Assembly (NCBI GenBank): GCA_038245905.1
Contig: JBBRRY010000018.1
Location: 1-64,000 of the forward strand
Length of the DNA: 64,000 bases
Direction: 5' to 3'
DNA from: Thermoanaerobaculia bacterium
Lineage (GTDB): Bacteria; Acidobacteriota; Thermoanaerobaculia; UBA5066
The translations under genes and the position numbers were made by a program. This document shows, piece by piece, positions 49,689 through 60,200 of this stretch (position 1 is the first letter of the stretch; every line of letters starts with the position of its first letter). The notes beneath the pieces are model-generated. The model did no database searches. It had not been told where the DNA came from and saw nothing but the letters and a program-made list of their open reading frames with translations.

Positions 49689-50905
49689 CGACGAAAACCG
49701 GCAAGGAGACGCCCGTGAAATCGAAGGTTCCCGGATTCGCGACCAGGTGCATCCACGCCGGGCAGGAGCCCGAGCCCCTTACCGGCGCGGTGACCGTGCC
49801 GATCTTCCAGACCTCCACGTTCGTCCAGGAGGCGTTCGGAAAGCCGCGCCAGGGTTACGAATACGCGCGCACGAAGAACCCCACGCGCCTGGCGCTCGAG
49901 ACGCAGCTCGCCGCGCTCGAGGGTGGGGCCGACGGCTTAGCCACCGCGCACGCGTTCGCATCGGGCATGGCGGCCGAGACGACGATCATGCTGAGCTTCG
50001 TGAAGGCAGGCGACCACGTCCTCGTCAGTCGCAACACGTACGGCGGCACGTATCGCTTCTTCTCGAAGGTTCTCGCGAACTTCGGCGTGACGTTCGCCTA
50101 CATCGACACGACGGACGCCGAAACCGTCCGCAAGGCGGTCACGCCGGCCACGCGGATGCTGTTCATCGAGACTCCCACGAACCCCACGATGGAGATCTCG
50201 GACCTCCGGGCCCTCGCGGGAGTCGCGCGGGACGAAGGAAAGAGAATCGGCGCGAAGATCCGGATCGTCGTCGACAACACGTTCGCGACGCCGTACTTCC
50301 AGAAGCCTCTTGCCCTCGGGTGCGACGTCGTCGTGCACTCCACGACGAAGTACTTGAACGGCCACTCGGATTCGGTGGGCGGCGCGGTCATCTGCGCGGA
50401 CCCGGAGGACGGCGCGAAGATCGGCTTCACGCAGAACGCGGCGGGCGCGATCCTGTCGCCGTTCGACTCCTTCCTCGTCTCCCGGGGCATCAAGACGCTT
50501 CCCGTCCGCATGCGCGCCCACGACGCGAACGGCCGCGCGGTGGCGGCGTGGCTCTCGAAGCAGGCGAAAGTGAAAAAGGTCTTTTATCCGGGTCTCTCGT
50601 CGCACCCCGGCCACGCCGTCGCGGCGCGCCAGATGTCCGGTTTCGGCGGCATGATTTCGTTCGACCTCGGGTCGATCGAAGCCGCGAAGCGCTTCCTCGA
50701 CCGGGTCGTCGTGTGCTCCCTCGGCGAGTCGCTGGGCGGCGTCGAGAGCCTCATCTCGCACCCCGCCTCGATGACGCACGCGAGCGTCGAGCCCGAAGAA
50801 CGCATTCTGCGCGGCATCACGCCCGGTCTCGTGCGCCTCTCGGTCGGCATCGAAGACCTCGAAGACATCCTCCAGGATCTCGAGAACGCCCTCGACGGGG
50901 TGTGA
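49685..50905 (+). CDS. Cystathionine gamma-lyase/synthase (MccB-like)
   Basis: YARTKNPT, ETPTNP, DNTFATP, HSTTKYLNGHSD, ESLGGVESL, RLSVGIED. Confidence 0.9.
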   Translation: MTTKTGKETPVKSKVPGFATRCIHAGQEPEPLTGAVTVPIFQTSTFVQEAFGKPRQGYEYARTKNPTRLALETQLAALEGGADGLATAHAFASGMAAETTIMLSFVKAGDHVLVSRNTYGGTYRFFSKVLANFGVTFAYIDTTDAETVRKAVTPATRMLFIETPTNPTMEISDLRALAGVARDEGKRIGAKIRIVVDNTFATPYFQKPLALGCDVVVHSTTKYLNGHSDSVGGAVICADPEDGAKIGFTQNAAGAILSPFDSFLVSRGIKTLPVRMRAHDANGRAVAAWLSKQAKVKKVFYPGLSSHPGHAVAARQMSGFGGMISFDLGSIEAAKRFLDRVVVCSLGESLGGVESLISHPASMTHASVEPEERILRGITPGLVRLSVGIEDLEDILQDLENALDGV

Positions 50906-50906
50906 T

Positions 50907-51686
50907 TCAGGATCGGCGAAGCAGCCAGACGCCGCCCGCGGCGAGGAGCGCGGCGAGCCCCGCCCGCGCGCCGGCGTCCAGCGCAGGAATCCCCGTGGCC
51001 GGGGGAGCGCCGACGATCGGATCGTCGTAAATGACGATGAGGACGGGCCTGAGGGAATCGTCCGATTGCTCGCGCGACCCGAAGCGCTTCGCGGTCGGCG
51101 CGATCTGGGACTCGTCGATGCGCAGCTGCCATCCGAAATTCGTGGCGGGCAAGTTGATCCAGCCCTGCACGTCGCCGACGAGCGCTGGGGTCGTCGCCCA
51201 GAAGTAGTTGACGAGGGAGCTTCCGAGAAGCGTCGTGGCGCTCGGGAAGGACGCCGTGTCCCCCCCAGGGCTCGTCCAGGGCGTTCCCGGGTAGACACGC
51301 ATCGTCCAGGTGGGATCGCCCGCCGTCGCCGGGGCTCCGCTTCCACCGGGGATGCCGGCGTCCGACGTGCCCTCGCCCCAGGGGGCCGAGACTCGATAGA
51401 GCGACGCGAATACGCTGCCCGAATTCGAGCGTGTGAGGCTCAGGCCCACCTGCACGGAGGAGACCGTAACCCCCGCCGGAACGCCCGCGAGGTCGAAGCG
51501 GAGAAAGCCACGGCGAACGCGGTCGGTGTTGTTCCGTCCCGCGAAGAGGCCGGAGCTCTTCGAATCGCTGGAGTCCCCGTTCTCCTCGAAGATCGTGGCA
51601 TCTGCGGCGGGTGCGAGGACCACCGTGACGATTCCCGCCTCGGCGGTCCACGCGGAATACAACAAGCAGAAAAGCAGAGCTCGCAC
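50907..51686 (-). CDS. Secreted DNRLRE/CBM96-like domain protein with IPTL-CTERM-type sorting signal
   Basis: Signal ending AEA; ADATI..RRGFLRFDL..WGEG..NFGW..RPVL; C-terminal IPAL-hydrophobic-LRRS. Confidence 0.65.
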   Translation of the reverse strand: MRALLFCLLYSAWTAEAGIVTVVLAPAADATIFEENGDSSDSKSSGLFAGRNNTDRVRRGFLRFDLAGVPAGVTVSSVQVGLSLTRSNSGSVFASLYRVSAPWGEGTSDAGIPGGSGAPATAGDPTWTMRVYPGTPWTSPGGDTASFPSATTLLGSSLVNYFWATTPALVGDVQGWINLPATNFGWQLRIDESQIAPTAKRFGSREQSDDSLRPVLIVIYDDPIVGAPPATGIPALDAGARAGLAALLAAGGVWLLRRS

Positions 51687-51697
51687 GGACGGGAGTG

Positions 51698-52093
51698 TCA
51701 GTCGATCGTCACTTCCCCCGGCTCGTCTTCTTCGTCGTCCGACGGATTTCGTATTCCCGTCGAATTTTCGGCCACCCATTTCACGAAGGCGGGATCGGCA
51801 TGGTCCGCGGGGAAGCCGAGGATTTCGGCCAGCTCATAGGCGTTCAGCTCCTTCACGATGGCCCGAACGCGCTCGAAGTTCTCCGGTACCGTCTTGACCA
51901 TGAGCAGGAGCTCGCCCTCGTCCCGGACCTTTCCCTTCCACCGGAAGACCGACCTCACTCCGGGCAGGATGTTCACGCAGGCCACGAGCCGGCTGTCGAC
52001 GAGGTGGTGGGCGATGTCGAGGGCCTGTTCCTCCGTGCCGACGGACGTCACGACGACGAGGACCGACGGAGCGGCTTTCGCGGGGTTCTTCAC
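51698..52093 (-). CDS. cutA: Divalent-cation tolerance protein CutA
   Basis: LVDSRLVACVNILPGVRSVFRWKG..E..YELAEI. Confidence 0.9.
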   Translation of the reverse strand: MKNPAKAAPSVLVVVTSVGTEEQALDIAHHLVDSRLVACVNILPGVRSVFRWKGKVRDEGELLLMVKTVPENFERVRAIVKELNAYELAEILGFPADHADPAFVKWVAENSTGIRNPSDDEEDEPGEVTID

Positions 52094-52100
52094 GCGAAAC

Positions 52101-52129
52101 AAGGTACGGGAGGCCCGGCGCGGCGTCAA
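52101..52129 (-). promoter_or_regulatory. Sigma70 promoter for leaderless cutA
   Basis: TTGACG-17 nt-TACCTT-7 nt-GTG. Confidence 0.7.
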
Positions 52130-52141
52130 GCGAGGGGCGGG

Positions 52142-52825
52142 TCAGTCCCTCGTCACGTCCTCGAGAGCCTGGAAGTCGGGAATCGAGAATCCCTCCGGGC
52201 CGGTGATCACGACGTTTTCCTTTCCCCAGCGGCTCATGACCCGGATCGCGGACTCGACCGTGGTCGCCGTCAGGTCCGCAATGTCCTGGCGGGAGAGAAC
52301 GAGCGGAATGGTGGCGCCCGCGCCCTCGCGATGGCCCACGCGTGCCGCGAGCATGAGAAGAAGCCGCGCAATGCGCTTCTCGACAGAGCCCGTCAGGTCC
52401 GCGAGCCGCCGTGAGATTTCGAACTGCCGCAGCATCAGCCCCTGAAGAAGCCGTCGCGTCATTTCGGGATGGCCGTCGATCGTCGCGAAGAACTCCTTCT
52501 CCGGAACACGCAGGATCGTGGAGGGCTCGAGGGCGACGGCCGAGGCCGGGAATCGTTTCCCTTCGAAAAGCGCGACCGCTCCGATCGGCTCGCCGATGCC
52601 GAAGAGCCCGAGGATCACGTCACGTTCCGGCGCCGCCTTCACGATCTTCACGCGGCCGATCACGACGAAGCAGAGGTCGGTCGCCGCCTCCCCCTCGCGA
52701 AAGACCTCCTCGCCCTTCTCGTAGACGGCGACTCGTGAGACGGGGGCCAGGAGCTTTCGCTCCTCGGCGTTGAGGCACTGAAACAGCGGAACGGCGTCGA
52801 AGTGGGGAAGAGCGGCGCCGGACAC
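52142..52825 (-). CDS. Crp/Fnr-family regulator (Dnr/HcpR-like; no FNR Cys cluster)
   Basis: cNMP domain VFREGE..GRVKI..GE; HTH LSRQDIADLTATTVESAIR. Confidence 0.9.
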   Translation of the reverse strand: MSGAALPHFDAVPLFQCLNAEERKLLAPVSRVAVYEKGEEVFREGEAATDLCFVVIGRVKIVKAAPERDVILGLFGIGEPIGAVALFEGKRFPASAVALEPSTILRVPEKEFFATIDGHPEMTRRLLQGLMLRQFEISRRLADLTGSVEKRIARLLLMLAARVGHREGAGATIPLVLSRQDIADLTATTVESAIRVMSRWGKENVVITGPEGFSIPDFQALEDVTRD

Positions 52826-52849
52826 GGCCGGAGCATAGAACGCCCCCGG

Positions 52850-54211
52850 TCAGGAGGACCGGGCAGGCAGCGCCAGCGGCGAAACGGCAGGAGCGGCCGA
52901 ACGGGCGCCACGCGGCCGGAGCGTCGCGACGAGGACGTGGGCCCAGAGGAGGAGCCCGGCCGTCGCGAAGATTCCGGTGGTCCCGACGAGGCGGTACAGG
53001 GGCAATCCGCCAAGGCCCAGCGCGACGGGGATCTGCAGCGCGCGGAGGACCGCCGCCGCGCAAACGAGCGCGAGCGCGAATTGCGCTTCCCGTGGACGCG
53101 CGAGAGCGCGGCCGGTGAAGGCGGGGACGAGGCGCAGGCTCATCGCGAGGATGAGCAGCGTCAGGAACCCGATCGTATAGACGTGGCGCGCGCCGTCCCA
53201 GATGAACTTGTGGACGGAGGCGCCGGACAGCTCTCCGAGACAGGCGGAAACCGAGAGCGCTGCGAAGAGGCCCAGAAAGGCGAACGGCGTGCGGAGCGCG
53301 AGCAACCCGCGAGATCCGGGAGGGCCGGCGTTCAGCGCGAGAATCCGGCTCGCCGAGAGGAACAGGAAGATCGCCCCCGCGAGGAGGAGCGTCCCGGCGA
53401 GCGTCAGCGCACGCGAGGTGGCGGCCGCCGGACCCGGAATCCACGCGGCGCCGAGAAGGAGAACGCCAACTCCCTGCAGCATCGCGACGGCCCGGGCGCT
53501 GCGGGCTGAAGGGCGAGGCAGTCCGAGGAACGCCGGAACCATTCGCGACGCGAACCCGAACACCCACGAGAGGACGAATCCGTAGGCGGCGATCGCGTAG
53601 AACGGCTCGAGGAGGGCGGCGGGAATCTCGGACTCGACGTGGCCGGCGAGGAACGCGGCCTGCGCCGCGGACAGAGCTGCGGCTGCCACGGCCCAGGCGG
53701 TTCCGAGGAGAATGTGCAGAGAGAGCGGATCGGCAGTGGCGCCGCGCCGCGTGAGTACCGGAAACGCCCAGCCCGTGAACGCGAAGACTCCGGCCAGCTC
53801 CAGCGCTCCCGAGAGCAGGGAGAGAAAGCGGCCGATCGCCCAGGGTGCCAGCGGCTGTCCGATCGCGCGCAAGAGGGCGCCGCCTCCGACGCCGATGAGC
53901 ACCGCGAGGAGCACCTCGCGGGACGGAGGTGCGGCCCCGAAGATGCGCGGGATGGCCTGGAGCGCGACCCCGAGGATGAAAAGACCGGCGAAGCCGACGA
54001 GCTGGACGTGCGCGTGGACCTGAAGATGCGACGGTAGAACGGTCCCGGTCGCGAACGCCATGCGCCAGATCGCCCAACCACCCATCGACACGCCGAGCGT
54101 CACGGCGAGCGTCAGCGCCGTGAAGACGAAGCTCGGAAAGAGGTTTCGGGGCGCCGGGGAGTTTCCGGGGGCGCAGGCGCTGCAACAGGGGACGGTCGGG
54201 GAGTGGGCCAT
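52850..54211 (-). CDS. NnrS-like polytopic membrane protein
   Basis: About 12 TM helices; HAHVQLVGF, ARHVYTIGF, RMVPAF/RLVPAF repeats; adjacent to a Crp/Fnr regulator. Confidence 0.65.
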   Translation of the reverse strand: MAHSPTVPCCSACAPGNSPAPRNLFPSFVFTALTLAVTLGVSMGGWAIWRMAFATGTVLPSHLQVHAHVQLVGFAGLFILGVALQAIPRIFGAAPPSREVLLAVLIGVGGGALLRAIGQPLAPWAIGRFLSLLSGALELAGVFAFTGWAFPVLTRRGATADPLSLHILLGTAWAVAAAALSAAQAAFLAGHVESEIPAALLEPFYAIAAYGFVLSWVFGFASRMVPAFLGLPRPSARSARAVAMLQGVGVLLLGAAWIPGPAAATSRALTLAGTLLLAGAIFLFLSASRILALNAGPPGSRGLLALRTPFAFLGLFAALSVSACLGELSGASVHKFIWDGARHVYTIGFLTLLILAMSLRLVPAFTGRALARPREAQFALALVCAAAVLRALQIPVALGLGGLPLYRLVGTTGIFATAGLLLWAHVLVATLRPRGARSAAPAVSPLALPARSS

Positions 54212-54255
54212 GAGTGCTCCGAATGAAAGGTAACCCTCCGCCGGCCCCGTCCTAT

Positions 54256-54269
54256 ATGACCGCCGTCAT
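54256..54269. promoter_or_regulatory. Crp/Fnr-type palindromic operator
   Basis: Perfect palindrome ATGAC-CGCC-GTCAT (TGA-N6-TCA core) between divergent genes. Confidence 0.7.
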
Positions 54270-54323
54270 CCTGCGATGAAGTCTCACGGCGGACGCCCGC
54301 CCGTTCGTGGTTAACATCCACGG

Positions 54324-55658
54324 ATGAAACCTGGCGGGCCCGCCAACGAGGCGCTTTACCGCGGGCTTTTCGAGGCTGCGGCGGACGCGATGCTCGTCGT
54401 CGACGCGGCCGGCGAAATCGTTCTCGTGAACGCGGCGGGCGCGGCCCTCCTCGGCGCGGCTCCGGAGTCGCTGACCGGCCAGCACATCGACGCCTTCGTG
54501 CCGGCTCGTTTCCGCGACCACGGAAAGCAGCGTGCGGACTACGGCGCCCGGCCTAAGGCACGTCGGATGGGAAGCAGCCTCGACCTCCTCCTCCGCCGCG
54601 CGGACGGGCGCGAGGTCGCAGTGGACATCTCGCTCACCCCGGTGACGGTCGCCGGACAGATGCTGGTGGCCTGTGCGATCCGTGACCTGAGCGGACGACC
54701 GGAAGTCTCCGAGAGCCTTCGCGTGCAGGCGACCGCGCTCCGGTCCGCCGCCAACGGCATCGTCATCACGGACCGCGCGGGTACGATTACATGGGTCAAC
54801 CCCGCCGCCTGCGCGATCACGGGGTATGCGTCCGACGAGCTCATCGGCCAGCACACCCGCATCCTGAAGTCGGGCCGCCACGGCAGCACCTTCTACGCGG
54901 ATCTCTGGAAGACCGTCCTCCGCGGCGACACGTGGTCCGGGACGATCGTGAACCGCCGCAAGGACGGATCCGAGTACCACGAGGAGCAGACGATCGCTCC
55001 GGTCGTCGACGAGGCCGGCGGAATCACGCACTTCATCGCGATCAAGCAGGACGTCACCGAGCAACGCCGCGTCCAGGAGGCGCTCGCGCGCGCGAACGAG
55101 GCGCTCGCGGCGCAGGTCATGAAAATCGAAGTCCTGAACGGAAGGCTTCGCGAACAGGCTGTCCGCGATCCGCTCACCTCCCTCCACAACCGGCGCTACC
55201 TCGACGAAACGATCAATCGCGACATGGCGCGCGTGAGCCGCGGGGGCCTGCCGCTCGCGGTGGCGGCGCTCGACCTCGACCGCTTCAAGGAGATCAACGA
55301 CACCCATGGCCACGCGGCCGGCGACCAGGTGCTCCGCCGGATGGCGGACGTCCTCCGGCTGCACGTGCGCGCCTCGGATCTCGTGTGCCGATCCGGCGGC
55401 GAGGAATTTGTCGTCGTGATGCCGGGCGCCACGCTTCCCGCAGCCCTCGCGAGCGCCGGGAGGTGGCGGGTTACGTTTGCGAGCGAGCTCATCTCCGTGC
55501 GCGAGGGCGTCTCCGTCTCATGCACCGTATCGATCGGCGTCGCACTTCACCACAGCCGGAAGGAGACGTTCGACGCCTGCCTCGAACGCGCGGACGCGGC
55601 GCTCTACGCGGCCAAGCGCTTCGGCCGCGACCGCGTCGTCAGCGCGGAGGTCGAATAG
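54324..55658 (+). CDS. PAS-PAS-GGDEF diguanylate cyclase
   Basis: Two PAS domains; DPLT..NRR, DLDRFK, RASD I-site, SGGEEF. Confidence 0.93.
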   Translation: MKPGGPANEALYRGLFEAAADAMLVVDAAGEIVLVNAAGAALLGAAPESLTGQHIDAFVPARFRDHGKQRADYGARPKARRMGSSLDLLLRRADGREVAVDISLTPVTVAGQMLVACAIRDLSGRPEVSESLRVQATALRSAANGIVITDRAGTITWVNPAACAITGYASDELIGQHTRILKSGRHGSTFYADLWKTVLRGDTWSGTIVNRRKDGSEYHEEQTIAPVVDEAGGITHFIAIKQDVTEQRRVQEALARANEALAAQVMKIEVLNGRLREQAVRDPLTSLHNRRYLDETINRDMARVSRGGLPLAVAALDLDRFKEINDTHGHAAGDQVLRRMADVLRLHVRASDLVCRSGGEEFVVVMPGATLPAALASAGRWRVTFASELISVREGVSVSCTVSIGVALHHSRKETFDACLERADAALYAAKRFGRDRVVSAEVE

Positions 55659-55777
55659 CGAGGGGCGCCCCATCGAAAGAGCAGCACTGGCGGCGAGAAG
55701 GAAGCGCGGACGGATCTGGTTCATGGGACCTCCGTTCGGTCTGGCGCCGGCACTCTACCGCATGGGTTCTCCTTAGC

Positions 55778-55797
55778 GTATATGTCTGATATATACT
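55778..55797 (+). promoter_or_regulatory. brnTA -10 element with overlapping inverted-repeat operator
   Basis: GTATAT-7 nt-ATATAC overlapping TATACT (55792-55797). Confidence 0.65.
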
Positions 55798-55803
55798 CAG
55801 TTG

Positions 55804-56112
55804 GTGACAGGCTCCGATCCCCTGGAGGACTGTACCGGGTTTGATTGGGACGATGGAAGTGTCGAGAAGAGCTGGATCCGCCACCGTGTCGCATTCTGGG
55901 AGGCCGAAGAGGTCTTTTTCAACGAGCCTCTCGTCGTCGCGACCGACCGGTCGCATGCCGCCGGGGAGCCGCGCTATTTCTCGCTCGGTCGATCTGATTC
56001 CGGGCGCAGGCTCTTCCTGTGTTTCACCGTCAGGCGTTTCCTGATTCGCATCATTTCGGCTCGCGACATGACGCGCAGAGAGGCTTCGACATATGAGCAT
56101 TCAAAAGCGTAA
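55804..56112 (+). CDS. BrnT-family toxin
   Basis: GFDWD..KSWIRH.V.F.EAEEVF..EPRY..IRIISARDM. Confidence 0.9.
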   Translation: MTGSDPLEDCTGFDWDDGSVEKSWIRHRVAFWEAEEVFFNEPLVVATDRSHAAGEPRYFSLGRSDSGRRLFLCFTVRRFLIRIISARDMTRREASTYEHSKA

Positions 56113-56383
56113 GCAGATCCCCTCGTTCGCTTCCGAAGAAGCGGAACGCATCTTCTGGGCCTCTCACGACTCGACCCAGTATGTCGACTGGGCAAAGGCC
56201 CGTCGTCCGTTCTTCCCGGCCCTCCGGCCCACGCTTCGGACGATCTCGCTGCGACTGCCCGAATCGATGATCGGGCAGCTCAAGGTCCTTGCGAACAAGC
56301 GCGATGTGCCCTATCAGTCGCTTCTGAAACAGTTCCTCGCCGAGCGGCTGCAACGGGAGATCACCAAAGCCTCCAGCGGCTGA
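56093..56383 (+). CDS. BrnA/CopG-like antitoxin
   Basis: IPSFASEEAERIFWASHDS..TISLRLP..KRDVPYQSLLK; overlaps the toxin stop. Confidence 0.9.
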   Translation: MSIQKRKQIPSFASEEAERIFWASHDSTQYVDWAKARRPFFPALRPTLRTISLRLPESMIGQLKVLANKRDVPYQSLLKQFLAERLQREITKASSG

Positions 56384-56405
56384 GAGACCTTGCCCTCGAC
56401 CTTCA

Positions 56406-56507
56406 GCCGCGCACTGGGGCTACATGGCGACCGGCGTCGACAGCGACGCGACATTGAAAGCGAACAGCGAAGGCTTCGCGAACCTCGCGCTTCGCGTGCG
56501 CCGGCTC
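56406..56507 (+). pseudogene. Relic fragment of an FMN-dependent alpha-hydroxy-acid oxidase
   Basis: Translates AAHWGYMATGVDSDATLKANSEGFANLALRVRRL, resembling the family N-terminus; the rest of the gene is absent. Confidence 0.6.
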
Positions 56508-56588
56508 TCCGGTGCGCACGCGGCAGTCGTCTTCATGAATTCCTCCAGGGGCTTCCGATGGCTGAGACCTTGCTCTCGCGCAAGTAGC

Positions 56589-57218
56589 TCAGAGCTCCCT
56601 GACGATCGCCTTCCTCTTCTCCTGATACTCGGCTTCCGAGAGCACGCCGGTCTTGAAGAGGCGCTCGGCCTCCTTCAGGCGCGCCTCGACGGATGCTCCG
56701 CCGGCCGCGGACGGCGCCGCGGACGCCCCGAGGCCGTCGTTCCCGCCGCGCGGCCGTCCGGACGTGAACAGCACGTTGCGGAATTTCTCCGGGTGGAGGA
56801 TGCGCGGGAAGACGACGGTGCTGTCGCTCCCGGCCGTCTGGATCTCCACGTCTCCGTAGGACAGCCAGCGCCCGCCCAGCGTCGAATGCACGTTCACGTC
56901 CTGGATCTTCTCCAGCGGGATCTGCCTCACGGACCTCTCGAGGACGCCTGTCTTACGGATCACGCGGAACGACGTCACCGCGAACTCGTCGAAGGAGTCC
57001 GCGAGCCATCGCCACGCCATCGCCGCGAGCCCGAGGACGACGAGGATGCCGCCTGCGGCCAGAGGGATGACGTTCCCGGGATCCAAGGCCTGACCCGCGG
57101 CGGCGGCGACAACTCCGAAGACGGCTACCGCGGCCGCGGGCACGAACCGAACCCAGTGATAGCGGGGCTGGAGCAGCACCTCTTCGCCCGGCATGAGGTT
57201 CTTCTCGACGTACGACAT
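56589..57218 (-). CDS. Membrane protein with bacterial PH domain and SHOCT domain
   Basis: MSYVEKNLMPGEEV; 2 TM; VTSFRVIRKTG..IPLEKIQDV..YGDVEIQTAG; GVLSEAEYQEKRK. Confidence 0.85.
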   Translation of the reverse strand: MSYVEKNLMPGEEVLLQPRYHWVRFVPAAAVAVFGVVAAAAGQALDPGNVIPLAAGGILVVLGLAAMAWRWLADSFDEFAVTSFRVIRKTGVLERSVRQIPLEKIQDVNVHSTLGGRWLSYGDVEIQTAGSDSTVVFPRILHPEKFRNVLFTSGRPRGGNDGLGASAAPSAAGGASVEARLKEAERLFKTGVLSEAEYQEKRKAIVREL

Positions 57219-57246
57219 CTACAGCCCCTTCACGGCGGAAAAGAGA

Positions 57247-60200
57247 CTACTCCTTCGGCTTCTCCGCCGGACGCTCCATCTCCTCGGCCGTCGTCGCGAG
57301 GCGGCGGGTCACGATGAACTTGAAGAAAAGCGGAATGAAGAAGACCGCGAGGCCGGTCGCCGCGAGCATGCCGCCCATGACGCCCGTGCCTACGGACTTG
57401 CGCGCGCCGGCGCCCGCGCCCGTCGAGACGGCCAGCGGCAGGACGCCGAGGATGAAGGCGAGGGACGTCATGAGGATCGGCCGGAACCTCAGTCGCGCCG
57501 CCTCGAGCGCGGCGGCCGCGGGATGCCAGCCCTGCTGCCACTTCATGAGCGCGTACTCCACGATGAGGATCGCGTTCTTGGCCGCGAGGCCGAGGAGCGT
57601 GACGAGCCCGATCTGGAAGTACACGTCGTTCGTGAAGCCGCGCAGGTTGACGGCGACGAGCGCCCCGAACGTCCCGAACGGCAGCGCGAGGAGGACGGAG
57701 ACGGGCAGCGTCCATCTCTCGTAGAGCGCCGCGAGGATCAGGAAGACCATGATCGCGCCCGCGCCGAGCGCAAGGCCGGAGCTGCCCGACGAGCGCTTCT
57801 CCTGGAACGACGAGCCCGTCCAGTCGAACGTGAAACCCGGCGGGAGCGACGCCTTCGCGACTTTCTCGACGGCCGCGAGCGCCTGCCCCGAGCTGACGCC
57901 GGGCGCACCGGCGCCGAAGAGCTTCACGGCGGGGAGGTTGTTGTAGCGGTCGAGGCTGTCGGGACCCGAGCTGAACTGGACCTTCGCGAAAGCCGAAACG
58001 GGCACCATCGCGCCCGTCTTGCTCCGCACGTACATGCGGCCGATGTCTTCCGGACGCTTCCGGTATTGCGCGTCGGCCGACATGAGGACCTGCCACGCGC
58101 GGCCCGACTTGTTGAAGTCGTTCACGTAGTAGCTCCCGAGCGTCGCGGCGAGCGTGTTGAACGCCTCGTCGAGGGGCACGCCGAGCGCCTTCGCCTGCTC
58201 GCGGTCCACGTCGACGTAAAGCTGCGGCGTCGCGGCGCGCCAGAGCGTGTTGACGAGCCCGAGCTGTTTTTCCCCGTGCACCGCGCCGAGGAACGCGCCG
58301 AGCGCCTGCGCGAGCTGCTTCGGCCCGCCGTCGCCCTTGTTCTGGATGTACATCTCGAAGCCGCCCGTATTCCCGAGGCCGAAGATCGCCGGCGGGTTGA
58401 AAGCGAGGACGAGCGCTTCCTTGATGCCCGCGGTCTTCCCGAAAAGCTCGCCCACGAGCGCCGTCACGGGGACCTTCCGCTTCTCCCACGGCTCCTGCAC
58501 CACGAACATCGTCGCCGCGCTGTTCTTGTAGCCGCCGCCCAGGAAGTCGAAGCCGGTGAAGGCGATGATGTCCTTGTTCGCCGGGTTCGACCGGATCGCC
58601 GCGACGACCTGGGACACGACGCGGTCGGTCCTCTCGAGCGACGCACCGTCGGGCAGGTACACCGCCCCGATGTAGTAGCCCTGATCCTCGTCCGGCACGA
58701 GGGACGTCGGGGTCGTCTTCCAGAGGACGGCCGTGACGGCGACCATGACGAGGAAGACGACCGCCGCGACGCTCGACCGCCGGAAGAGGACGCGGACGCC
58801 GCCGATGTAGCGCGTCGTCACGCGGTGGAACCAGTCGTTGAACCACGTGAAGAAGCGCCCCGTCTCCTTGTGCTCCCGCTTCATGATGAGGACGCAGAGC
58901 GCCGGCGTCAGGACGAGCGCCGCGACGCCCGAGAGGACGACCGAGATCGAGATCGTGATTGCGAACTGCCGGTAGAGCTCTCCGGTCAGTCCCCCGAGGA
59001 ACGCGATCGGCACGAACACGGCGCAGAGAACGAGAACGATCGCGACGACCGGCCCGCTCACCTCTTCCATCGCCTGGATCGCTGCGTCGCGGGCGGACGC
59101 GTGCGTCTCGTGCATGATTCTCTCGACGTTCTCGAGGACGACGATCGCGTCGTCCACGACGATGCCGATCGCGAGCACCATTCCGAAAAGCGTCAGCGTG
59201 TTGATCGAGTAGTGGAGGGCGTAGAGCCCCGCGAACGTCCCCAGGAGCGACATGGGGACCGCGACGACGGGGATGAGCGTCGCGCGCCAGTTCTGCAAGA
59301 AGAGGAACACGACGAGAAACACGAGGACGATCGCCTCGAGGAGCGTCTTGACGACCTCCGTGATCGAAACCTCCACGAAGCGCGTCGTGTCGAACGCGAT
59401 CCGGTACGAGAGCCCCTTCGGGAAGCTCTCGGCGAGCCGGGCCAGCGTGCGGGTCACCTCGTCGCCCACGGCGAGCGCGTTCGAGCCGGGCTGCAGGAAG
59501 ATGCCGATGAGCGTTGCGGGCTTTCCGTTGATGCGGCCGAGGAAGTCGTAGTCCTTCGCGCCGAGCTCCACGCGCGCGACGTCCTTGAGGCGCAGCGTCG
59601 TCCCGCCGCGGTTCGAGCGGAGGATCACGTTCTCGAACTCCTCGGGAGTCGAGAGGCGGCCCTTCGTCGTGATCGTGTAGACGGTCTCCTGCGAGCCGCC
59701 CGTCGGCATCTGGCCGATTTTCCCGGCCGCGAACTGCGCGTTCTGCTCGTTGAGGGCGGCCGCGATGTCGCTCGTCGTGACCCCGAGCTGCGTCATGCGG
59801 TCGGGCTTGATCCAGATCCGCATCGCGTAGTCCTTCGCGCCGAAGATCTGGACGTTCGTCGTTCCGGGCACGCGCTTCAGGACGTCGAGCACGTTGAGCG
59901 TGACGTAGTTCGACGTGTAGATGTCGTCGAGGGACTCGTCCGGCGAGTAGAACGCGACGACCTGCAGGAACGCCGACGAGCCCTTGAACACCGTGACGCC
60001 CTGCCGCCGCACTTCCTGCGGCAGCTTCGCCTCCACCTGCTTGACGAGGTTGGAGACGTCGACGGAGGCCTGGTCGATGTTCGTGCCGATCTCGAACGTG
60101 ACCGTGATCGTGAGGAGGCCATTGCCGCTCGACGTCGAGGCCATGTACATCATGTGCTCGACGCCGTTGATCGCGTTCTCGAGGAGCGCGGCCACGGTCT

